From contig CAWAJW010000015.1 in NCBI GenBank assembly GCA_963782475.1, positions 811,007-843,006 of the forward strand: a DNA stretch of 32,000 nt, in the 5' to 3' direction. Position numbers and translations under genes: made by a program. Positions 1 to 8,260 of this stretch are shown here, piece by piece. This DNA comes from an uncultured Bacteroidota bacterium. GTDB lineage: Bacteria > Bacteroidota > Ignavibacteria > Ignavibacteriales > Ignavibacteriaceae. The stretch's first letter is position 1. The number at the start of each line of letters is the position of its first letter. A model generated the notes under the pieces. It was given only the letters and a program-made list of their open reading frames with translations. It had not been told where the DNA came from and did not search any database.

Positions 1-38
1 CTGATTTATCTTCATTTTATAAACACTTAACTTTAATT

Positions 39-1661
39 ATGAAATTTTACCAAATTATTTTTTCACTGTTAGTTTTATATATAACTGTTCCAGTGCCCCT
101 TTCCGCACAAATAGTATATACGCCCATAAACTCACCCGTGTACGATTACCTTGATCGCCTAGGGACAGAGCATATAATCAATTTAGCCGATGAAGTAAAA
201 CCCTATTCACGCATAAAGATTGCCGAATATTTAAGGAGCTGCAGAAAATAATATAAATAAATTAACCAATGTTGAAAAGGAAGAGCTGAACTGGTATAAG
301 GAAGAGTATGCTCATGAGCTGAATTATCAAAAATGAAAGATGGTTCCTCTACAATTATTCCGATTCATTATTTTCAATCAGAGTCTCTCCTATTCGGGGG
401 CTACGGTATTTCGAGAACCGGCAGCAGTCACGGGCATACCCGCTGGTGGGGATTAAGCAGCTACGGTACAATTCCAATTGGTTCGGCGCCTTCTTTTCTT
501 ACAGGGATATCGGGCAGTTCGGCGAGAATGTAGATCGTGAAAAAAGACTTTACTCCCGATAGAGGATATTTTATAAATGCATGTCGTTGCAGGAGGAATT
601 GAATTCAGCGATGTAAAAGGAGGAGTAAACTTTAACTGGAAATGGGGTGCGGTTTCATTAATTAAGGATGATATAAAATGGGGACATGGAAGATTCGGGC
701 AGCTGATTTTATCCGATAAACCGAATTCATATCCGCAGATAAGATTATTTCTAAACCCTGTAAAATGGCTAAGGTTTTATTATATGCACGGGTGGCTCAA
801 CTCATTGATCCTGGATTCATCTCAAATTTATTATAGCCATTTGAATAGTGCACAGCCTAAAGTTCATCAGCAGTATATAAGTAAATATATTGCTGCGAAT
901 ATGTTAACTGTTACTCCTGTCGATAACCTGGATATAAGCGTCGGTAATTCAGTAGTATACAGCGGAAGATCTGAGACCTGAATTTTTCATCCCCTTTCTT
1001 ATATTATAAAGTGATGGATCATAATACAGGAAGAGGAAATATTGATGATTCAAACGGTCAGATCTATTTTGATATTTCTTCAAGGAATGTAAAACAGTAC
1101 CAATTTTACGGTACCTTCTTTATTGACGTCGGTTCACTTAGAGGTATTCTAAAATCCGATTACCATGAATGGTGGGGAGGATATACTTTAGGAGTAAAGA
1201 GGGTGGATTTATTAATTCCCGATCTGGATTTTACATTTGAGTATACATGGATAAGTCCCTGGACGTACGAGCACAAGTATGATACTGAAACATACAAGCA
1301 TATCGGGTTTGTTCTCGGCGACTGGCTGGGGCAGAATGCCGATCAGCTCCGTGTGCAGGCAGATTACAAGCCGAGCAGACCTTTAACGCTCCACTGTTAT
1401 TATGAAAGAATTAGAAAGGGAGGGCTTGGAGATATTGCTGAAGCATATAAATCTAATGGTATAACAGAACCATTTCTGTATGGACCGGTAAGAAAAGATT
1501 TTGATTTCGGGTTTGGTGCACAATATGAATGGCTGCATGAATTGTTTATAGATTTCAGCTACGAATATTCTAATATATCGGATCAGGATATAGCCAGAAC
1601 CCCGTCATTTTTATTGGGAAAGAAGAATAGTTTCGGACTGACCGTGAGCTGGGGGCTGTAG
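39..1661 (+). pseudogene. Wzi-like capsule-assembly outer-membrane beta-barrel protein, fragmented into at least 4 pieces
   Basis: Four consecutive same-strand ORFs (39-251, 333-533, 577-981, 1011-1661) align colinearly with the paralog at 6182-7708. Shared features: signal peptide plus VY.P...VY.YLDRL N-terminus; WGHGRFGQLILSDKPNSYPQIRL vs GYTKSGNLVLSDKAPSFPYIRI; NPVKWLRFYYMHGWL vs NPISWLKFHYFHAWL; C-terminus ...SWGL. Gaps between ORFs continue the alignment in other frames (RWFLYNYSDSLFSIRVSPI vs RYRLFSYSNNTFKINLSPI). Confidence 0.75.
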
Positions 1662-1706
1662 GGGGTGTGGAAATCGGGAAGATGGGAAGTTAGGAAGATG
1701 AGAAGC

Positions 1707-1832
1707 CTGACACTATGAACCTCATAATGCAATACCTCACTTCTGTTGCGTATCAGCAATCAAGATTTCTCAGTCATACCATTGAAAGCAAATTGGATTC
1801 CTTCTACCTTCGGAAGATAAATCGAAATGACA
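1707..1832 (+). repeat. Module B repeat (ctgacactatgaacctcataatgcaatacctcacttctgttgcg ... taagatttctcagtcataccattgaaagcaaattggattccttc ... gataaatcgaaatgaca)
   Basis: Near-identical copies start at 1707, 2542, 3125, 10647, 15699 and 17037. It is preceded at 1677-1706 by a purine-rich tract that is the reverse complement of the CTTCC tracts seen elsewhere. Confidence 0.85.
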
Positions 1833-1853
1833 GGGATAGCACGCAAGACCTTG

Positions 1854-1991
1854 GGGGCTGACCAAAATGCAGCACAGATTAAACGTCTTTGTTTTGGGCT
1901 TTGTAATCTGTGCGTCTGAAATTAAATCTGAATCATTAATTGTTATATCATATCAAATAATTTACAAAGATTATATTTTTTGGTCAGCCTC
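1854..1991. repeat. Module H: MITE-like / structured element with 12-14 bp terminal inverted repeats (ggctgaccaaaa ... ttttggtcagcc)
   Basis: Outer stem ggctgaccaaaa/ttttggtcagcc encloses an inner 9-bp stem gcacagatt/aatctgtgc. Copies at 1854-1991, 2688-2825 and a shorter one at 10315-10414. Confidence 0.8.
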
Positions 1992-2109
1992 ATTTGGAGT
2001 TTAATAAACGGGAAATGAGGTTAGCGGATAGAATATAATAATTATGTTAAGATGTAATTTTAATAGTTTGGTTACAAATTGATAGATAAGAATACAGATG
2101 AGGGAACAA

Positions 2110-2532
2110 GTCCCCCTTAATAAAGGGGGAACGAAGGGGGTTGTTAAATGAAGATATATTACAAAAATAATTTAAAGAATAAATCCAGAGAATTAAGGAA
2201 TAACAGTACTTTATCAGAAATACTGCTATGGAATGAATTGAAAGGACGTAAAATGCTGGGTTATCAATTCATGCGTCAAAAGCCGATAAATAAATATGTA
2301 GTAGATTTTTATTGCAGCAAATTAAAACTGGTAATAGAAATAGATGGAACCAGCCATTATGGAAAAGAGGAAGAAGATAACATCAGGCAAAAGGAATTAG
2401 AAAAATCAGGATTATCATTTTTGAGGTTTGATGATTTGGAAGTAAAGTTTAAAATGGATGAGGTGTTAAATAAAATAAAAAATTGGATGGAAAAGCACCA
2501 ACAACCCCCTCGCCCCCTTTGATAAGGGGGAC
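2110..2532 (+). mobile_element. DUF559 nuclease cassette bounded by about 35-bp imperfect terminal inverted repeats built from C5/G5 hairpins
   Basis: Left end 2110-2146 is gtcccccttaataaagggggaacgaagggggttgtta. The reverse complement of the right end 2499-2532 is gtcccccttatcaaagggggcgagggggttgttg. By hand alignment 31 of 37 positions match. The left TIR abuts the ATG and the right TIR encodes the last codons (QQPPRPL) and the stop. Confidence 0.65.
2148..2522 (+). CDS. DUF559 domain protein (Vsr-like PD-(D/E)xK endonuclease fold), 124 aa
   Basis: Family-typical pattern: LW..L.GRK..G.QF.RQ....Y.VDFYC...KLVIEIDG..H......D..R...L...G...LRF....V. Confidence 0.85.
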   Translation: MKIYYKNNLKNKSRELRNNSTLSEILLWNELKGRKMLGYQFMRQKPINKYVVDFYCSKLKLVIEIDGTSHYGKEEEDNIRQKELEKSGLSFLRFDDLEVKFKMDEVLNKIKNWMEKHQQPPRPL

Positions 2533-2541
2533 TATTGTACG

Positions 2542-2667
2542 CTGACACTATGAACCTCATAATGCAATACCTCACTTCTGTTGCGTTACAACGATTAAGA
2601 TTTCTCAATCATACCATTGAAAGCAAATTGGATTCCTTCTACCTACGGTAGATAAATCGAAATGACA
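2542..2667 (+). repeat. Module B repeat, copy 2 (start of the 835-bp segmental duplicate of 1707-2541)
   Basis: Same sequence as 1707-1832, offset 835 bp. The duplication continues through module H and the left TIR to 3019. Confidence 0.85.
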
Positions 2668-2687
2668 GGGACGCACGTAAGACCTTC

Positions 2688-2825
2688 GGGGCTGACCAAA
2701 ATGTAGCACAGATTAAACGTCTTTGTTTTGGGATTTGAAATCTGTACGTCTGTAATTAAATCTGAATCATTAATCGTTAGATCATATCATATAATTTACA
2801 AAGATTATATTATTTGGTCAGCCTC
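2688..2825. repeat. Module H, copy 2
   Basis: Same terminal inverted repeats and inner stem as 1854-1991, with a few substitutions. Confidence 0.8.
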
Positions 2826-2943
2826 ATTTGGAGTTTAATAAACGGGAAATGAGGTTAGCGGATAGAATATAATAATTATGTTAAGATGTAATTTTAATAG
2901 TTTGGTTACAAATTGATAGATAAGAATACAGATGAGGGAACAA

Positions 2944-3115
2944 GTCCCCCTTAATAAAGGGGGAACGAAGGGGGTTGTTAAATGAAGATATATTACAAAA
3001 ATAATTTAAAGAATAAATCTTAAGAATTAATTGCCGCTTACGAAAACTTGTATCTTTTTACTTGTATCTTGTGTCTTCAACCGACAACCCCCTCGCCCCC
3101 TTTGATAAGGGGGAC
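2944..3115 (+). mobile_element. ORF-less miniature derivative of the DUF559 cassette (both TIRs retained, ORF body replaced by module E)
   Basis: Left TIR 2944-2980 and right TIR 3082-3115 match those of 2110-2532. The first 13 codons (MKIYYKNNLKNKS, 2982-3020) are retained and followed by a stop. The 313-bp ORF-specific segment (2186-2498 in the full copy) is replaced by about 62 bp of module E (3020-3081). Confidence 0.7.
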
Positions 3116-3124
3116 TATTGTACG

Positions 3125-3250
3125 CTGACACTATGAACCTCATAATGCAATACCTCACTTCTGTTGCGTTACAACGATTAAGATTTCTCAGTCATACCAT
3201 TGAAAGCAAATTGGATTCCTTCTAACTTCGGTAGATAAATCGAAATGACA
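3125..3250 (+). repeat. Module B repeat, copy 3
   Basis: Direct sequence identity to 1707-1832 and 2542-2667. Confidence 0.85.
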
Positions 3251-3489
3251 GGTGTGCATGGCAGTCTCAACGAAATAAAAACGGTTAAAACCGTTCACGA
3301 GAGAAATAACATTTTCTTTAATGAGAACAACCCCGTCATGGTATACTTTGTTTAGCTACCGACGTTTAATCTTCATTTTGTTAGGCAGGTTGAGGCATGA
3401 TTCGTTATTGAATGCTGCACCAGGACAGTCTTCGACAGGCTCAGACTGACAGTATGCTGCGGTCATTGCAGCATGGTGTGATTTCGACG
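3251..3489 (+). repeat. Module F (239 bp), copy 1 of 2; multi-hairpin element
   Basis: Near-identical to 17331-17569. Contains stem aacggtt/aaccgtt, stem atgctgca/tgcagcat enclosing a C-type hairpin (gacagtcttcgacaggctcagactgac), and ctcaac/gttgag pairing. Confidence 0.8.
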
Positions 3490-3505
3490 TATGCAAAGAA
3501 AAAAG

Positions 3506-3583
3506 TGCCGCTTACGAAAACTTGTATCTTTTTACTTTTATCTTGTATCTTTCAAAAGTATCTTTTTACTTTTTTCTTGTACG
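3506..3583 (+). repeat. Module E: T-rich periodic repeat (gccgcttacgaaaacttgtatctttttacttttatcttgt...)
   Basis: Copies at 3020-3081, 3506-3583, 8864-8949, 10543-10600, 16937-16990, 17793-17820, and inverted at 15515-15629. Confidence 0.8.
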
Positions 3584-3600
3584 TTATCACGGGCATATAC

Positions 3601-4269
3601 TTGGTATTGCAAAAAGACACTTCAAAATCAGAAATACTAAAAGAAAATGAATCCTTTAATTTAGGCTTTAAAACTTTTCTTGCTGCATTTTTAGCCACCG
3701 TATTAAGTATCAGATATCTGGATGGTGAGATTGCTCTAAGAGTAATGCATTTTATTCAATCTGTCCATCCAATAAATAAAGTTACTGAAAATATACCCGA
3801 TTTACTGCCCCATTTTGTTGTTGTTGCTACAATATCGATGTGGGCTGTTTTTTTTTACAGGCTGCTCAGGAAAAAATTAGATATAAAAACCCGATTCTTA
3901 ATGCTTTCTGCTACTGTTTTACCGTTTGCATATCTCGCAAAAACAGTATTGAAATTTGTATTTGGAAGAACTTCTCCCCGGCACTGGCTTAAACATCACG
4001 ATCAGCTGTCATTTCACTGGTTCACGCATTGGAGCAGCAGCTTTCCTTCCGGACATATGATCGTATTTGCTGCACTTGGTGCTGCTATTTGGATTTACTA
4101 TCCTCAATACCGGGGATGGGTTTTAACTTTTCTTATTCTGCTGGGAGCAGCGCTAATCGGAACAGATTATCATTTCTTAAGTGATGTAATAGCAGGAGCC
4201 TACCTCGGAGTTTTAACAACATATTCTATAAAGTATTTATTTGAGAAGATAAAAATAAATTTCAGATAA
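3601..4269 (+). CDS. PAP2-superfamily phosphatase (membrane protein)
   Basis: PAP2 motifs KFVFGRTSP ... PSGH ... DYHFLSDVIAG, plus several hydrophobic helices. The ATG-defined ORF starts at 3412, but codons 1-63 are translated repeat modules F/E. There is no ATG between 3454 and 3712. I place the start at the in-frame TTG at 3601 (uncertain). Confidence 0.7.
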   Translation: MVLQKDTSKSEILKENESFNLGFKTFLAAFLATVLSIRYLDGEIALRVMHFIQSVHPINKVTENIPDLLPHFVVVATISMWAVFFYRLLRKKLDIKTRFLMLSATVLPFAYLAKTVLKFVFGRTSPRHWLKHHDQLSFHWFTHWSSSFPSGHMIVFAALGAAIWIYYPQYRGWVLTFLILLGAALIGTDYHFLSDVIAGAYLGVLTTYSIKYLFEKIKINFR

Positions 4270-4352
4270 TAATTGCATATTCAAATTATTACCGGCTTAT
4301 AACCAATGCCGATACTGCATGGCAGGAACCGGGCCTGTATTGACCCAAAAAA

Positions 4353-5974
4353 GTAAACCTCACCCCCGACCCCTCTCCTTATAAAGTAGAGGGGTGGTAT
4401 GTACATTGGAGTGATAAGCAAATATTAGAAATAGTAACATTTTATTACTATCATAGCATCACCTTTTTCCAGACAGAACCTGAAATAAAAAGCTTTATCT
4501 GTCTGCCGGAGACAAGTTGAAAATGAGGTATTGCTTCCTTCTCATTTATAAGGAGAAGGAACGGAAGGATGAGGTTAGTATGCTGCAAAAATGAGGTTGC
4601 TCCCTGTGAAAAGTAAACCTCACCCCCGACCCCTCTCCTTATAAAGTAGAGGGGTGGTATGTGCATTGGAGAGATAAACGATTATATCAAAATATATCTT
4701 TTATTTATAATCTTCACATTTTTCTATTTCTAGACAACATATCAAATTAATAGTTTTTCTGAAAATGAAGGTATTGCTTCCTTCTACTTTATAAGGAGAA
4801 GGAACGAAAAGATGAGGTTAGTAAGTTGTTCAAAAGAGGTTGACAGCCAGTCAAATTAGTTCAAAAATTTTTCTCTAAATATAGATTACATGACTATCCA
4901 CTATAACAAACAATCCGAAAAAACAAAAAGAAGAAAATTAAGACGGAAATCAACTGAAGCTGAAAAACTGCTGTGGGAAAAATTAAGAGGAAGAAAACTT
5001 TCAGGACTAAAATTCAGGCGTCAATATAGTATAGCCCAATTTGTATTGGATTTCTATTGTCCGGAAAAAAGATTTGCCATAGAACTAGACGGCGGTATAC
5101 ATGAGAAAAAAGATGTGAAGAATCACGATGAGAACAGAGATGGTTTCATAGAAGGTTTTGGAATAAAAATAATAAGGATTAAAAATGAATTGGTTCTGGA
5201 TGATATTGATAGTGCGCTCGAATATATAAAGGAGCAAATATAAACTGTGTAAACCTCACCCCCGCCCCCTCTCCTTATAAAGTAGAGGGGTTCTACGCAC
5301 ATTGGAGTGAAAAGCAAATATTAAAGATAGTAACATTTTATTGCTAATCATAGCATCACCTTTTTCCAGACTGAACCTGAAATAAAAGCTTCATCTGTCT
5401 GCCGGAGACAAGTTGAAAATGAGGTTATTGCTTCCTTCTACTTTATAAGGAGAAGGAACGAAAGGATGAGGTTAGTATGCTGCAAAAATGAGATTACTCT
5501 ATCTGAAAGTTAATCTCTGAAAGTTACCTCACCCCCGACCCCTCTCCTTATAAAGTAGAGGGGTGCTATGAACATTGGAGTGATAAGCAAATATTGAAAG
5601 TAGTAACATTTTATTGGTAATCATAGCACCACCTTTTTCCAGACAGAACCTGAACAAGTTGAAAATGAGGTTATTGCTTCTTTCTCCTTTATAAGGAGAA
5701 GGAACGGAAGGATGAGGTTAGTATGCTGCAAAATGAGGTTGCTCCATGTGAAAAGTAAACCTCACCTCCGGCCCCTCTCCTTATAAAGTAGAGGGGTGGT
5801 ATGTGCATTGGAGTGATAATCAAATATTGAAAGTAGTAACATTTTATTGCTAATCATAGCATCACCTTTTTCCTGACAGAACCTGAACAAGTTGAAAATG
5901 AGGGTATTGCTTCCTTCTACTTTATAAGGAGAAGGAACGAAAGGATGAGGTTAGTATGCTGCAAAAATGAGGTT
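4353..5974 (+). repeat. Array I of module A units (about 220-260 bp each): 4353-4598, 4613-4841 (divergent), 5249-5495, 5523-5740, 5755-5974, with a DUF559 gene inserted between units 2 and 3
   Basis: Each unit runs gtaaacctcacccccgacccctctccttataaagtagaggggtggtatg ... ctgtctgccggcagac ... ttccttctcatttataaggagaaggaa ... gatgaggttagtatgctgcaaaatgaggtt. Units 4 and 5 lack the ctgtctgccggcagac palindrome. Confidence 0.9.
4890..5243 (+). CDS. DUF559 domain protein (Vsr-like endonuclease fold), 117 aa
   Basis: LW..LRGRKL.GLKFRRQ......VLDFYC...RFAIELDGG.H......D..R......G...IR..N..V. It is a paralog of 2148-2522. The stop codon is followed 5 nt later by the start of an A unit. Confidence 0.85.
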   Translation: MTIHYNKQSEKTKRRKLRRKSTEAEKLLWEKLRGRKLSGLKFRRQYSIAQFVLDFYCPEKRFAIELDGGIHEKKDVKNHDENRDGFIEGFGIKIIRIKNELVLDDIDSALEYIKEQI

Positions 5975-6181
5975 AGTAACCTCCCAGATAAAAAGATAGT
6001 GTTACCAATGAAGAGTATTAGTCCCTTAATAAAATGGGAAGAAGTGGCTGTTAGATAATATATAATGGTAATAAGGCTCACACTGATTCTCCGGCTTCTG
6101 ATTTTTTGGCTTCTGATAAGGGCTGCCAATACGTATTAATATGTGGTACAAATTGTGATACGAAATCACTGAAATATTATC

Positions 6182-7708
6182 ATGAAAATATTCACCCTGA
6201 TATATTTTATTATAATTTTCAATGCTCCCGCATATTCCCAGGTCGTCTATCAACCGTTATGGCATGATGTGTATAATTATCTCGACCGCTTGAGTCAAAA
6301 AGGGGTAATAGAATATGACGATTTAGTCAAACCTCTCCCCAGGAAATATATTTATGAAAAACTGATTGAAGCGGAAAAAAATTCTGAGCAGTTAACTAAA
6401 TTGGAAAAAGAAGAGCTGATTTATTTCAAAAAAGAATATTTTTTTGAAAGTAAGCTGGAAGGGGATACAGCTCAATATAAAAAATCACCAAATTTTTTCG
6501 GTAAAGATGAAGCAGGCAGGTACAGGCTTTTCTCCTATAGTAATAATACTTTCAAAATAAACCTCAGCCCGATAATCGGTTATCAGCTTACGCTCCCAGG
6601 GAAAGAAAGGAACCAGAATACATGGAACGGGATTTATAGTTATGGATATTTATCTGATTTTTTAGGCTACAGCATGGATTTAAGGGTGCATAATGAGCAG
6701 GGTAATTACCTGGATCCCAATAAATATTTTACACCTGAAGAGGGAGTAATCCCTTCCGCCAGAACCGACCTGGCCTCTCACGAAAACTCTATTGACTACA
6801 GCGAGGTTAAGGGGATGGTATCTGCCGGCTGGGATTGGGGCGACATAATTTTTGGTAAAGATTTCATTACCTATGGGTATACAAAAAGCGGAAACCTGGT
6901 TCTCTCGGATAAAGCTCCATCCTTCCCTTATATCCGTATTGATGTAAATCCAATTAGCTGGCTGAAGTTCCATTACTTCCATGCCTGGCTCGCTTCAGAT
7001 GTTATAGATTCAGTGAATTTTGAAGAGGGGTTACGAACGATATACAGGAATAAATATTTCGCATGGCATTCCATTGTAGTTACTCCTGTGAAAGGACTGG
7101 ATCTTTCAATCGGCGAGTCGGTTGTCTATGCAGACCGGATCGAGCCGGTCTACCTGATACCGGTTATGTTCTTTTTCCTGGCGGACGATTTCTTAAGTAA
7201 TAGAATGGAAGGGAATAAAGGAGATGCTAATTCACAGATCTTTCTCTCGGTCAGCTCAAGGGACCATATAAAAAATACTCATTTATATGGAACTTTATTT
7301 ATCGACGAGCTAACTCTCGCAGGGCTGACGGGTTCTCTTTTGTCAAGTAATCACCATACAATGGGTGGTTCAGTATTCGGTTCAAACAGAGTCAGAACAC
7401 AACTCGGATTTACTTTAGGTGCGTCTGTCGCCGATCTGCCTGTAGAGAACCTGACCCTTACAACAGAATACACAAGAATAAATCCGTTTGTTTATCAGCA
7501 TCACGATCCCGCACAAACCTACACCAATTCCGGGTATATAATGGGAGATTGGCTTGGGTCAAATTCAGATCTCATTTATCTCAATATTAATTATAGAATT
7601 CTAAGGGGGCTGCAGGTAAACCTGTGGGGAGAGTATATCCGCAAGGGGAGTGAGAGCGACAGTCTGCAGTATGCAGATAGCACCAGCCTCCTTTTTTATA
7701 CGGATTGA
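6182..7708 (+). CDS. Wzi-like capsule-assembly outer-membrane beta-barrel protein; the C-terminal about 55 codons continue in another frame to 7875
   Basis: Signal peptide, VYQPLWHDVYNYLDRLSQKGVI N-terminal motif, long beta-rich body. After the stop at 7708 a shifted frame reads QHYKYFGLDLKYEPIHELNINAGFRTNLESDEQEDNSYLTTRTNIFSFSIYYGL, with a stop at 7873-7875. This matches the C-terminal strands of the 39-1661 copy. The shift is at a T6 run near 7690-7700. Confidence 0.75.
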   Translation: MKIFTLIYFIIIFNAPAYSQVVYQPLWHDVYNYLDRLSQKGVIEYDDLVKPLPRKYIYEKLIEAEKNSEQLTKLEKEELIYFKKEYFFESKLEGDTAQYKKSPNFFGKDEAGRYRLFSYSNNTFKINLSPIIGYQLTLPGKERNQNTWNGIYSYGYLSDFLGYSMDLRVHNEQGNYLDPNKYFTPEEGVIPSARTDLASHENSIDYSEVKGMVSAGWDWGDIIFGKDFITYGYTKSGNLVLSDKAPSFPYIRIDVNPISWLKFHYFHAWLASDVIDSVNFEEGLRTIYRNKYFAWHSIVVTPVKGLDLSIGESVVYADRIEPVYLIPVMFFFLADDFLSNRMEGNKGDANSQIFLSVSSRDHIKNTHLYGTLFIDELTLAGLTGSLLSSNHHTMGGSVFGSNRVRTQLGFTLGASVADLPVENLTLTTEYTRINPFVYQHHDPAQTYTNSGYIMGDWLGSNSDLIYLNINYRILRGLQVNLWGEYIRKGSESDSLQYADSTSLLFYTD

Positions 7709-7963
7709 ACCAGCATTATAAATATTTTGGACTCGATCTGAAATATGAACCAATCCATGAATTAAACATCAACGCAGGTTTCAGGACAAACCTAGAATCG
7801 GACGAGCAGGAAGATAATTCCTATTTAACTACTAGAACTAATATCTTTTCGTTCTCAATTTATTACGGTTTGTAGTAAAGGTTAAAGCAATTATTTTATC
7901 ATTGCATTACACTATTTGGAATTACCTCTGCCTCCGGCAGGTAAATCAAAATGACAATGTGCT

Positions 7964-8250
7964 GCGACCAAACTTCCCATCTTCCAAACTTCTGCTTTTC
8001 CGACCTCTGACCTCTGCACTATGACAGTCTTCGACAAGCTCAGACTGACAGGCACCTGCGAACAAACTTCCAATCTTCTAAACTTCCTAACTTCTGCTCT
8101 TCCGACCTCCGACCTCTGTGAGAAATCTTACATTCAACGATTAAGATTTCTCAGTCGCCAATAGATATTCCAGAATGTGCTCCTTCTACCTCCGGTAGAT
8201 AAATCGGAATGACAATGAGACAAGGTTTAAAATCAATTTGTCATTTCGAA
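7964..8250 (+). repeat. Module C/B composite: two CTTCC-rich polypyrimidine tracts, each followed by a hairpin, then a gaatgaca/tgtcattc hairpin
   Basis: Tract 7964-8019, then C hairpin 8023-8049 (gacagtcttcgacaagctcagactgac). Tract 8051-8118, then B hairpin gagaaatctta/taagatttctc at 8120-8152. Confidence 0.8.
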
Positions 8251-8260
8251 TTCCGGCTCA

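Noticed and set aside
4353-5974. IS element or transposase-encoding transposon as the source of the repeats
   Set aside because: No DDE, serine, tyrosine, HUH or TnpB-like ORF occurs anywhere in the window. The only repeat-embedded ORFs are the two about 120-aa DUF559 genes.
4451-6253. Minus-strand ORFs 4451-4666, 5123-5317, 5917-6129 and 6026-6253 (PLYFIRRG.GGEV-type peptides)
   Set aside because: They are translated hairpins of module A or antisense to the DUF559 gene. Frames are not conserved between repeat copies.
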